Assembly (NCBI GenBank): GCA_040285825.1
Contig: JAUPSS010000001.1
Coordinates: 1,798,001 to 1,862,000 of the forward strand
Source: Eukaryota sp. TZLM1-RC
Lineage: Eukaryota; Protista; Metamonada: BaSk clade
Length of the DNA stretch: 64,000 nt
Direction of reading: 5' to 3'
The notes under the pieces: generated by a model
The model's input: the letters and a program-made list of their open reading frames with translations, nothing else
Told to the model about the DNA's origin: nothing
The model's database searches: none
Made by a program: the position numbers and the translations under genes
Shown here: positions 47,110 to 57,629 of the stretch, one piece after another
Numbering within the stretch: position 1 is the first letter of the stretch
Layout: every line of letters begins with the position of its first letter

Positions 47110-48958
47110 TTAAATAATATTTATTTATTAAAAAACTTATAAATCAACATCTAAAAAATCCATCTCTCCCAAAACAAAAACACTAGATGCAACTCTCTCA
47201 TAGTGAGATCCAAGAGAAAGCAAAGCATCAGAAACCATCTTCAACATCCCCTTAAAAATAGAAAACACAATTCTATTTTGCCAAAACAATCTGTTGAAAT
47301 TTCTGCCAGTTCTTCTCTTTACAATCATTTCAAAATCATCCAAAAAACGTAAAGCAGTTGGTGCAAATGAACCAAAAAGGGAAAATACAAATGGATACAA
47401 ATTGTATTTTGCATGATGTAGACTGGCCAATTTGGACAAAGGTTCATTGTATTTTTTGAAATAAAATTTTCAGCATTTGAAAGATGATTATGAATTTCAG
47501 AATTAACAAGCCTTTCATTTGAGACATTACAAGGATCAACAGACATTACATCCAATAAGATGAAGCTTCCATCTAATCCAGGTAATATAACATCACCTCT
47601 ATTATTCTCATGAAAATCATCTTCAGCATCAAACAGATTTGACAATAGAGGTTCCAAGAAGGATTCAATTCTATGAGATTTACACATGCAATATAACTGG
47701 TCTCTTACAGCATCATGAACCTTGCTTCTAAAAGTAATAAAATGTTTACAATTTAACAAATGAGTAGTTGTAATTTCTCGAGAACATTTACAAATTAAAT
47801 TATGAGGTAAATTATCAGGCCAGATAAAGGAACGAAATCTCATATTCAGAGTCCAAGCAGAATCGGATAAGAGAGTACCATAAACTTGAGGAATTGTTGT
47901 TACTAGAGTAGAAGAAGTACTATCACACATATTTTGTAAAAGATTTGCAAAGCGGGATTCTTTTTCTTGGCCAAGCCAAGTCTAACATCAAAATCCAAGC
48001 TGTCGAAAATCTTTGACAATTTTTGTTGAAGCATTTTACAGCAAAACTGTAAATTAAAAAGAGATCGGTTTGGAATTTCTTAAATTGATTGGGGAAAACA
48101 TTTGGTCCAGATTTGTGGTGGCACTTTTTCGAGATCACAAGATAACACATTCAAATATGGACTGCAACTGGGAACTAACAAATGAGGATCTTCAGGAAAT
48201 CTACGAGAAAATCCATAAATACAATTCTTGCCCCCTCCAAAAAAATGCTGATCGACACAAAATAGAAGATTTTGTAAATCCAATACCACCAAAATTTGCT
48301 GCCGAAAATAAGTGATTTTTCAACAATCCTGTTTCTACATCCAATAAATCAGCAAAAAATGCTGGTCTCAATGAATTCGAAAAAAATGTAATGCTGTGGA
48401 GGGAGCGCAAGATCTCAAAATGTGGGTCATTCTTCCATTATAGCAAATTTTAAGCATAAAAAACTTAACATGTTTTTCTAAATCTAAGGGAGAAATTGAA
48501 TCAAGCTCAATTTTCATTTTTTCCAAAATAGATTGTGATTCAATTTGAGTTAGAGGCACATTTCATAACCAACAACCAAGAAACCTAAAAGCATCACCAC
48601 TATAATTAGTAAAAGGGATAACAGAATCGTTTATCACAAGACCCTGAGCAGAAGATCCAACAAGGAAGCATTTGCTCGCATTAAGATGAAGCCCAATTTT
48701 TTCATATGAATTGGTTATTTCTTGAACAACCAATTGTAGTAAATCAAATGAACCAACCAGGAATATATCATCCATTTAAGCAACTATTTTTAGGGAAGGT
48801 TATTTTTGCTTATCTAAAGTTTTGTGAATAGCTAAACAAAACAATAATGGACCTAAAGGATCACCTTGCTTTACACCAGAAGATGATTTTAAACCAAATG
48901 AATTAAATATCAAATCTGATTCTTTACCATAAAAGTGGAAGAAAAAAACTTGAGCGCT
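47110..48958 (-). mobile_element. Older degraded family A copy, 5'-truncated
   Basis: Fragmented ORFs from GVKQGDPLGP and MDD through to DVDL*. Confidence 0.88.
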
Positions 48959-49313
48959 CAGGAAAATCAACTTCGTAACAATCCAAACATCGCAATCAAG
49001 AGGGGACGTAGCAATAAAACGAAAGGGACACTTCTCATCATCACACTTGATTTCCCAGCGGGTCTTGTTGTTATTTTGAGCAGGAGAGAACTCTTTGTTG
49101 ATTTCAATACCATATTGATGCAGAGTTGTTATCATTTTGTCACGAGATTCGAAAGTATCGTTCACTGAGATGGATATAGGTTCAGAAGCTTTAAGTTTAT
49201 TAAGATTAAGAGCAATAGTCATTTTTGTGGTTTTTGATGAAAAAGATGGGAATAATGTTGCTGTGGATTTTGATGGAAATTGATTTAATCATGTGGATTT
49301 TGGTGTTTTCCCC
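48959..49313 (-). mobile_element. One end of a Mutator/MULE transposon with the N-terminal DNA-binding domain
   Basis: ISVNDTFESRD...YGI...TRWEIKC..EKCPFRFIA...WIVTKL; upstream terminus begins GGGGAAAACACCAAAATCCAC. Confidence 0.72.
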
Positions 49314-49680
49314 AAATATAAAGCAAAATTGCTATCCTTGAATGCAGAATCGCATACTCATTATGTCCTCTGTCCATTTGCAGTTTCCCTTCATGGCTCG
49401 CTTGGACCTCTTGCTTTATCTTTCTGGGATGATCTTGTTGAAATTGTGAAACAACGTACTGGAAGAGTTTTTGACAAGAGTTTTTGGCAGAACAGAATTG
49501 TATTTTCAATTTTCAAAGGTGTTGTTCCCTTATAATCTTCAGCTTTGTTATTTCTTGGACGCTTTTATGAAAGAAAAACTTCCAGTCAATTCTTCCTGGC
49601 TGATTTGGGTTATGAAGATATAGAATTTTAACTTTGTCGTACAGCTTTTTATTGAAATAAATCATATACACTAAAAAAAG
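49314..49680 (+). mobile_element. Family G CRE-like 3' fragment
   Basis: CPFAVSLHGSLG, FWQNRIVFSIFKG, GYEDIEF*, AATAAA and an A-run. Confidence 0.8.
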
Positions 49681-50862
49681 AAATTATGTTTTGCTAATTA
49701 ATATGCCATACACACTGCTCTCACTCTCAAACTCCACGTTGCTTCCCCTGCAGTGGGAAGTGCAGGAAAAGAAACGTTGGTGGACAAACCATCATGCCCA
49801 AGAGTTTAAATCACATCTTCCGACTATACTGAATTTCTTTACAGTTCAGTTACGTCAGAGACATTTACATCCTTTAGGCAGTGTTGCTGGTAGTAAGGTC
49901 GTCAAAACGGCTAGCTTGAAGATGAATTGTGCTCTTGAACGTGAAGAGGACATTTCCTTTGTACATGACAGTGCACTAAAGAAGTGTAAATTGGTTGGGT
50001 TTAAGCTATTTGTTCATATCTCACCTTTAAAATGATATACTGGGTGCTGTATTTATTGCAATAACTATGCTTCATTAAGGGTTAGGGTCAGGGCTGTCAA
50101 GTTTGATCAACCACACTTGTTTGTGTTTTTGTTATGACTCTTTGGGGTTAGTTCCCAAATGATTAATCTGCCTTTGTTTTTTCCGAAATCAAATCATTTT
50201 GTTTATCTTCAATGCAATTTTTACATCTTCTTTTTTTGAAAATTAATACAAATTTTCGAATCATGTCATTTTGACATCAATAAACTTCTTTATTTCAGCC
50301 TTTGCACGCAATTGTGTTTCCTTGATATTTCTGGCTTAAAGTCTAATTATCTTGCGGCTTACACATTCACAATGACAGTTATCAATAAAAGAAGCTCTCA
50401 CTTAAGGCCGCCCCAGTATTAAATTATGGACAAAATCAAAGGGGCCTTGCGGGTCCCTTTATTTACCACCACTGGATGATCTTAAAATGGTATCAAACAA
50501 ATACGAAATTGAGTGCATTATGTCTATTAAAAATCAGGCAACAACAACAATTCTGGCAAGTATTTCAACAACGTGTTTAGAATACTACCCAGATGAGTTG
50601 AGTACTGGATTTATGATTAGAATAAAAGCAACACTGAAATCTAACAGCATCAGTACATTAGATTCTTGACAATTTGAATAACACCAAGAACCGATCAAAG
50701 AAAAAAGCAATGTAACAACCAGAGTTTTAGGCTAAATTTTTATTCAAAAGTGTTATTCAAAATCAAAATAGCGAAAAATTGAAGTGAAAAAAAATTGAAA
50801 AAGAGTGAAAAATTAGCCAAAGGGATTGAAGCAACTTCAACTGTCGCAACTTTTCTCTCACA

Positions 50863-52869
50863 ATGTTCTCTTCATGGCGTTTTAGCCAAGCGCGACCATC
50901 TTCATACACTCTTAGCTACATCCTCAAACAGAAAAACCCAAATCTTGAATCTCTTCTTCAAGAGGATGATGTTATTCAGGAAGCTATGGCAGATGAAACG
51001 AAGCTCTGCAACTTCATCTTGCAACCGGAGACACTCTCCAAAATGCTTGATATCATCACAACCCCACCTGCTGATTCATCCTCATCAGACCGCAAGTTCA
51101 AAATCCCATATGTTGCTACCGAAGTCATTATGGCTTTGCACTCCAAGGCACTTCCCCGCCTGTTCCAGCCCAGCGAAAATCCCCTTGCGTCCTCTCTCAT
51201 CCACTTCTTCTCCTCTACGTCACCCCTTCCCTCCACTCACCTTCAGTTCGTCCAACGTATTCTCTCCTCGCTTCTCCACAACCACGAATCCGAAACCCTC
51301 CTTCTCTTTGCTTCCCACCCATCTTTCCCTCGCCAATTGGTAACACATGCCGCAACCTCAGCCACAGCATTGGACCTCTTCCTCAAGCTCCTTACCCCAG
51401 ATAGATCCCTCTCGTGCTACGAATGGTTAGCCCGAAGTGGAGTTGTTGAGCACTTTGTTGAAATTCTAGTTGAGGGGTTGCAATCAGACTCGTCACCCCA
51501 CTGGTTGACAAGTACAGCTCATGCCAGCGAAGCACTACGTCAGATCATCACGGTATCTCTCACTGACGACAAGACCGCTTCTTATTCATTCTCCACCTGC
51601 CCTCTCTTTCTACGCTTAATGTCTCCCTCCACCGGTTCTTTGGAATCACTGTACAATGCTATTATGGACACCTCTTCTCCTATACCAACACTCCAACCGT
51701 TATTGTCTGTCTTGGTTACCTTAGCCCAACGCATTGTCTCTCCAAGTACTTTGATTGACAATGATTGCCCTTCCCTTGATGATGATTTAGTCGAGTTTGT
51801 AGATCATGATAGGATCAAAAATACACGAGGTTCAAGAAAAGTCTTGATTGAGTTGTGGGGAGAAGAAGAAGCTCCAGGTGTTGATCAACTAACCAGTAGA
51901 ATATGCAACTTTTGTGCCGACTCTAAGTTTCTGCTTCATTTGAACCACCTTTTATCCTTACCCTGTCCCCCAATGTCCAGTAGCTTCTCAATGTTTAGCA
52001 ATTCTTTCACACCATTAATTGGAAAGGGAAAGCTTTCTATATTAAAGTACTGCAGATTAATCACTTGTTGTGGATTTTTCAATGAAATTTTGGATTCTGG
52101 GTGTCTTAAAACTGCATTTGAGCTCTTCTTTGAATACCCCCATTTTTCTGTGTTGCATTCCAGTGTTGTGGACTTGGTTTACGCGTTTATTGACCTAAAA
52201 ACTTCTGAACACAAGGATTATCATTTGAAATTCTTGAATTATCTCTTAGATGAATGTGATTTGATTACCAAGTTGCCTTTAGAAACCAAGAAGTCTTTGG
52301 AAGTCAAACCTAGACCTGCCTTTATTGGTGATTTGATAAGCCTTGGCAAAGTTGTGCTGGAAACGATTCCATTGGAGGAAATTGCAGAAAGGAATGATCA
52401 ATGGAAATGGTTTGAATCTGATGTCATTCAGCCCACAGTGTCAAAAATTACTGAAAAAGGTCATTATTCGGTAAATATGGCCTCTTCTGATTTCTCTGAT
52501 GATGATTATGGTTTTGATACATCCTTAATGGATAGTGGAAGTAGTATATTTAATCAAATCTTGGTGGCTCACGGCCAATCAATCAATGCTGATTTTGATG
52601 ATATCGAATTTGATTGGTCCAATGATGACGTCATTTTTGATAGCACTGTGGATGAAAGCGCTTTCGACTTTGAATCAAGTCTTGCAGAAATAAGTGTTCG
52701 AGATTCTCAAAAGCAGGAAGAGAAGGAAAGCAAAGAAATTGAAGAAGCAAATGAGGAAGTTAATGAGGAAGTCAATAAGGAAGTCAATAAGGAAGTGGAA
52801 GAGTTGAAGGAGTTCAATGATGCTAATTATTGGAAAATTGACTATGCTTCTGCTTTTCCGGATTTGTAG
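50863..52869 (+). CDS. SAPS-domain protein (SIT4/PP6 phosphatase regulatory subunit)
   Basis: LESLLQEDDVIQE...KLCNFI, KFKIPYVATEVI, ELFFEYPHFSVLH, acidic tail ending FNDANYWK. Confidence 0.88.
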   Translation: MFSSWRFSQARPSSYTLSYILKQKNPNLESLLQEDDVIQEAMADETKLCNFILQPETLSKMLDIITTPPADSSSSDRKFKIPYVATEVIMALHSKALPRLFQPSENPLASSLIHFFSSTSPLPSTHLQFVQRILSSLLHNHESETLLLFASHPSFPRQLVTHAATSATALDLFLKLLTPDRSLSCYEWLARSGVVEHFVEILVEGLQSDSSPHWLTSTAHASEALRQIITVSLTDDKTASYSFSTCPLFLRLMSPSTGSLESLYNAIMDTSSPIPTLQPLLSVLVTLAQRIVSPSTLIDNDCPSLDDDLVEFVDHDRIKNTRGSRKVLIELWGEEEAPGVDQLTSRICNFCADSKFLLHLNHLLSLPCPPMSSSFSMFSNSFTPLIGKGKLSILKYCRLITCCGFFNEILDSGCLKTAFELFFEYPHFSVLHSSVVDLVYAFIDLKTSEHKDYHLKFLNYLLDECDLITKLPLETKKSLEVKPRPAFIGDLISLGKVVLETIPLEEIAERNDQWKWFESDVIQPTVSKITEKGHYSVNMASSDFSDDDYGFDTSLMDSGSSIFNQILVAHGQSINADFDDIEFDWSNDDVIFDSTVDESAFDFESSLAEISVRDSQKQEEKESKEIEEANEEVNEEVNKEVNKEVEELKEFNDANYWKIDYASAFPDL

Positions 52870-52967
52870 AGGTTTTGTTTAAGTAAAGTTTTTGGTTTTA
52901 ATTATAGAATTCTATTATTATTTTTGATTATAAAGCTGTATTTATTGTGTTTTTAATCAACTATACT

Positions 52968-54020
52968 TCATTCTATTTCAACGAGTTCATTAATCAAATC
53001 TTCTCCTCCCCAATAATGCTGACTCCACGGATCTTCCTCCAAGCCAAGCAACTGTCTGATGTTAGAGGAATGACCATAAGGTTCAATACTGAGAGATTCA
53101 AGTTTCGTTGAAATCGAATCAATCAAAACTTGATTGATTGTGAAATCTGATTGATTGAAGGTGACTGATTCTCTGAAATGAGGAAACATCGTGTCAGACT
53201 TGATTAATAATGCTAACCATTCCGTATCATACTGCAAACCACCATCTACAGATCCCTCAATATCCATAATTTCAATGCTATTGTCTGGATATCTCTCAAG
53301 GTGTGAAAGGGCAAGAAAATCTACCCTGGAATCTACCCTACAACTCCACTTGAAATGATGATGTGATGCAAAAGCAAATGATGGTGCTTTTGATTGAATT
53401 ACTTGCTTTAGTCCAGGGCAACCAAGTTTGTGCTCCTTGATATCTCTCCTCAGGTATGGCTTTGCTTTCAACAGCATTGTTGTGTCCCCGTGTTCTGTGA
53501 TGTCTTGAGGCCAGTCATGTGAAATGAAAATGTCTAGAGGTTTGCTATATGCTAGAATCTTTGCAATTTCGAATTGTCGTATATGGTATATGCTTCTCTT
53601 ATCAGACTCATTCAAAGGAAAGCGTTCACAGTAACCCTTATGGTAGTCATAATTCTTGAATGTACCTGAAACGCCACCAATGGTAAGAGAACCAAACTTG
53701 ACCACACCTGAAAAGCCCATGAAGTAAATATTATGACATAACCAGCCCCCATCCTTGAGCTCCGCTAGGTACCTGGAAGCTTCGTGGTTGCCTCCAACAA
53801 CGATAGTGAGGATAGGTGCGGTACGTTCACCACTGTAGTACTGACGGAAGTCACCCCATTTTAGTTTGGAGGGTGCACAAGCCATTGAATAAAGATCTTG
53901 TTCATCACGAGCACCCTGAAAATCTCCAGTACAGAGAACAAGATCAACATCTTTGCCTTGTATTCGTTGATATAAAGAGTGAAGGCAACCGTGGAGACAT
54001 CCAGTCACACATATTCTCAT
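52968..54020 (-). CDS. DBR1: Lariat debranching enzyme
   Basis: VTGCLHG, GDFQ, GDFRQYYSGE..APILTI..GGNHE, GGW...NIYFMG, RSIYHIR, SHDWP. Confidence 0.95.
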   Translation of the reverse strand: MRICVTGCLHGCLHSLYQRIQGKDVDLVLCTGDFQGARDEQDLYSMACAPSKLKWGDFRQYYSGERTAPILTIVVGGNHEASRYLAELKDGGWLCHNIYFMGFSGVVKFGSLTIGGVSGTFKNYDYHKGYCERFPLNESDKRSIYHIRQFEIAKILAYSKPLDIFISHDWPQDITEHGDTTMLLKAKPYLRRDIKEHKLGCPGLKQVIQSKAPSFAFASHHHFKWSCRVDSRVDFLALSHLERYPDNSIEIMDIEGSVDGGLQYDTEWLALLIKSDTMFPHFRESVTFNQSDFTINQVLIDSISTKLESLSIEPYGHSSNIRQLLGLEEDPWSQHYWGGEDLINELVEIE

Positions 54021-54128
54021 CTGAATAAAATTGTAATATTGATGTTGTGTAGGGGAGGAAGGAGAGGATGATTAATTTGTAAGTCCTGCTGGGGTTTTCT
54101 TGCAGTATTTTGCAAAATTGGTGAATTG

Positions 54129-54166
54129 CCATTCCCATTCCCATTCCCATTCCCACCCCATTCCCA
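54129..54166 (+). repeat. (CCATTC)n microsatellite just upstream of a transposase remnant
   Basis: ccattcccattcccattcccattcccaccccattccc. Confidence 0.8.
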
Positions 54167-54179
54167 ATTCTCAAAATCC

Positions 54180-54804
54180 ATGCCGTTTAACACCGATCAT
54201 TTTTTTTCTGATGTCAATTTACTTCAACTTAAGGTTCCAGCTTCCGAAGATACAAAGGTGCGTGCTCTAGATGCTCTATCCTCCATTAGTACTACCCAAG
54301 CTAATGTGGCACGATTCTATCGTACAAGTCAATCCTCTATATCTCGATGGGGAAAGCAGTCTCTTTTCACTTCTAACTAACTAACTAAGTTTCTTAACTA
54401 ACCTTCTAGAATCCAACCAATTTGAAAGATTTCCGGGTCGCAGATCAGTTTTTGTGATGGACGGAGTAAGGATTCACTTCTCTCCGGACATTAGGGAGGC
54501 AATGAAACAGTGTGGTATCAAATACTTGAAATTGCCTCCCTATTGTCCGGAGATGAACCCGATTGAAAACTTATTTGCTGTTTTAAGAAGGAAAGTTGCC
54601 GACTATGTTGAACGTTTTCCCTCTACAAATCCAGTTGATGTGGTAAATAGTCAACTACACAATCTACATTATTATTCTTGTGTGCGGTTGTTTCAACATG
54701 CAGGTTATCGTGATGGGCAGTACTATTCGTCGCCTTATTTGACAGGATCAAGGGCTGAATTTTTACAACAATCATTTGAAAACAATAGACAATATAATAA
54801 ATAG
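54180..54804 (+). pseudogene. IS630/Tc1-type DD34E transposase remnant (HTH plus C-terminal catalytic half)
   Basis: HTH QANVARFYRTSQSSISRW; FPGRRSVFVMDGVRIH...LPPYCPEMNPIE with 34 residues between D and E; the first-D region is missing. Confidence 0.8.
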
Positions 54805-54819
54805 TTTATTTATTGATTT

Positions 54820-55764
54820 TTAGATAGTGGCATGAAAAGTGTCTAAGGCATTAGGGGTTTGTAACAATTTGCGTTTCACTGGTGGAGTCAATACCACTGG
54901 ATCACGGTTTGTGCCGAAATTGTTGAGGAGAAACTCTTCCTGCTCTGCAAAAAATCTGGTCATCAAAGTTCGGCGATATTCCGAACATTGTTGGTCAATT
55001 TGTTCGAGACGCACGGAAGCAAAAGAAGTTAGATCTCGATAAAGGGAGTCTGTCGCTGTCAGCTCAAAGCGGCGTTTGTGAGAAAAGTATTTAGCGATTG
55101 TTGCAGGAGGCTCGTTCCAATCTGCAACACCTTTTGAGATGGCGGCTGCCCAGATATCCCAGTACTTGGTATCTGCTGTGAGGGAGTTCTCAAAAGATGC
55201 TTGGAGAGAGGTTCCATCAACTTCAACACGTTCTACATGTTCTTTTTGTTGTAGCCACGCATCATATTGTCCTGCATCACAGTCATACCTTAGTTGGAAA
55301 AGGTAAAGAATTGAAGAAAGATCTGTCTCCTCAAGCCAAGTGTTCAAAGATGTGTCCGAAAGGGGCTTCCAATTCTTTGCATTCACTCGCTTCAAGAGTA
55401 CAACTGGCGTCCAAGTAGGATGAACGGCTAGAGTTTTCTTCACGGCTGTGTCTTTCCAGTTATTGATGAGTAACTCCCTGATTTCAGCTGCTGTTGGAGT
55501 TGTGGTGTAGTAGAGCGTTTGCGGGACAGCAGGTTCTTTGAATTTCTTGCCTTTTTTATACAGTCGGTACTCAAGACCAGTCAGTAATTCCTTGGATTCA
55601 GGCAACTGAGTTAAAGACAACGTGGGCAACTGAGTTAAAGACAACGTGGGTGATGTTAACGTAGTAAGTACTTGATTTATTGGTGACTCTATCGGCGATT
55701 CACCGAAATGAGGATTGGATTCCATAAAGTCATCAGAAAAATAGGCGTCTGGAGGATAGTCCAT
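54820..55764 (-). CDS. Hypothetical 314-aa protein, likely transposon-associated
   Basis: Open ATG-to-stop ORF lying between two transposase remnants; WDIWAAAI...PP motif; 24-bp duplication encoding PTLSLTQL twice. Confidence 0.55.
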   Translation of the reverse strand: MDYPPDAYFSDDFMESNPHFGESPIESPINQVLTTLTSPTLSLTQLPTLSLTQLPESKELLTGLEYRLYKKGKKFKEPAVPQTLYYTTTPTAAEIRELLINNWKDTAVKKTLAVHPTWTPVVLLKRVNAKNWKPLSDTSLNTWLEETDLSSILYLFQLRYDCDAGQYDAWLQQKEHVERVEVDGTSLQASFENSLTADTKYWDIWAAAISKGVADWNEPPATIAKYFSHKRRFELTATDSLYRDLTSFASVRLEQIDQQCSEYRRTLMTRFFAEQEEFLLNNFGTNRDPVVLTPPVKRKLLQTPNALDTFHATI

Positions 55765-55923
55765 TCAAAAGAAGAGTGGGGAAATAGGTGGGGAATTGGA
55801 AGTGAAATGCACCTTAAGTGAAATTCACTGTGTGTAGTGCATAATTCATTTCTGAAATTCGTTCCACCACAAACAGTCCCGCCACCAATTTCTTCCTTTC
55901 TCCTACGACTCACAAACATATTA

Positions 55924-56250
55924 ATGCCACACAATTACGACTTCTTGATGGAACATGATGATATCAACTACTTAAAGGATCACCTCAACGATTTCGGTTC
56001 TGACGAACAATCTCATTTGAAAGCTCTGCGACTTCATGCTTCTGAGGATACTCGTGTTAGAGCTCTTTACACCTACTTCTACTTGAAGAAATCTCAAGCT
56101 GAGATCAGCCAATTTTTTTGGGTCAATCAGAGTACTATTTCTAGATGGTTTACTGACCTTTTTGAAAGGAAAGACAAGGAGAAAAACAACTGTACGCCCA
56201 TCCCTTCCGACCCAAATTCACGTTCGATATTGAATGATAATGACATTCAA
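55924..56250 (+). pseudogene. N-terminal HTH of a second IS630/Tc1-like transposase, truncated at a family E junction
   Basis: HASEDTRVRALY...SQAEISQFFWVNQSTISRW parallels ASEDTKVRAL at about 54240. Confidence 0.65.
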
Positions 56251-57629
56251 AATTATTCAGAGAAAGTGTTTCCTTCAGCAGGGGCTCTTTGATACACGAT
56301 ATCCTTGCAGTTTGTGCCATATTGAAAACAGTGTCTCTAACAGCATGTTGTAATGAAGAACGATAAGTTATCAATTTAGAGCAATTCAGAGCATGGCGCA
56401 AAGTGAGTTGAGGTGAATTCGAACAAATACATTTTTCTTTTGATAATAATTGATTAATGGGGATGTTCAAATATAATCTCATTTTTGTTACAAATGCTTC
56501 ATTAGTGGCACACAATCCAATCTTCGTGGTACAATAGTTACAAAAAGTGAAGAATCTGACGATATGTTTTCACAAACACCCTTTTCCAATAACAATGAGT
56601 GAAGATCTTGATTTAAAACAACCGAGCTGCATATATTATTATAAAGATCTTTTTCATACATTCCAGTCAATCGTTTCTGTAATGTTCAAAGAGTGTACTT
56701 CAAATTTAAAACATTTTTTTCTGGAATATTGCCATTGAATAATTGGGGAAAACATCGACCCCATTTTTCCACACCAATTTTTGAAATTTCTTCATTTAAT
56801 GCAAAAACAGCGGAACTTTGCGTTGTCATCAATAAATGTTCCCAATCTGTAAATCTTTCGGAAAACTCAAAGATTGCATTTCTGCATCCACCGACAAAAG
56901 CACACGAGGTAAGAATAGAAGCCTTCGTCCACCCTAAACTGCCATAATGTGGACTAAGGTAAGCATGATCTGGAATTTGAAACATTTTACATCGCAGTAA
57001 TTGAGACAGAACTTTTGCACGTAACTCATTAAACTTTTGAGCCAAAGGTCTAGTGACAAGAGGATTTGTAGATCGAAATATATGATTAAAATTGGAACTA
57101 AAACACAGTCTTATAATGGTAAATTTGATGTGTTTTTTTATATCTAAATTCACCATTCGGTCAATTTTTTCAGAAATTGAGTTCAACTTTTTAAACAATT
57201 TTTTGGTAATTTCATCATTATTTCCTGAAAACGAACCCAAATGACGAATAGCATCAATTGAATATAATTTGGCTTGAATTTCAATACCATCAACTATTGT
57301 GGCAACTGGAGAATTCGATAACAAAACACATTTAAGTAAATTAAGTCGGAGACCAATTTTGGTAAATAATTCTTTAAAAAATACAGTTGCTTGTTTCACA
57401 ATATTTAAATCACCAATAAGCACAACATCATCCATATATGCAATCATTTTTAGCGAAGGAAACATCTCTTGAATTTGCAGTAAAATAGGATGAATGGCCA
57501 AACAAAACAAAAGAGGCCCTAACGGATCTCCTTGCTTTACACCACTTGAAGAACTCAAAATGTTATTACCAAAATGAAAATTAGAATATGTGCAATATGT
57601 TGATTGAAAATACGGTATTAATTCCGGCA

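Noticed and set aside
48800-49222. MULE DNA-binding domain fused to RT as a novel protein
   Set aside because: A chance in-frame junction of two truncated elements; the RT part is degraded immediately downstream.
50075-50093. ttaagggttagggtcaggg as a telomeric seed
   Set aside because: Only one perfect TTAGGG and no element inserted there.
50438-50475. GC hairpin followed by CTGG as a Helitron 3' end
   Set aside because: Not followed by T, and no 5' end or Rep/helicase sequence was found.
50795-51343. Alternative-frame and antisense ORFs here and throughout the retroelements
   Set aside because: They are shadows of the real coding frames and carry no motifs.
52968-54020. Functional link between DBR1 (a Ty1 host factor) and the retroelement cluster
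   Set aside because: Proximity alone is not evidence; it lies among ordinary housekeeping genes.
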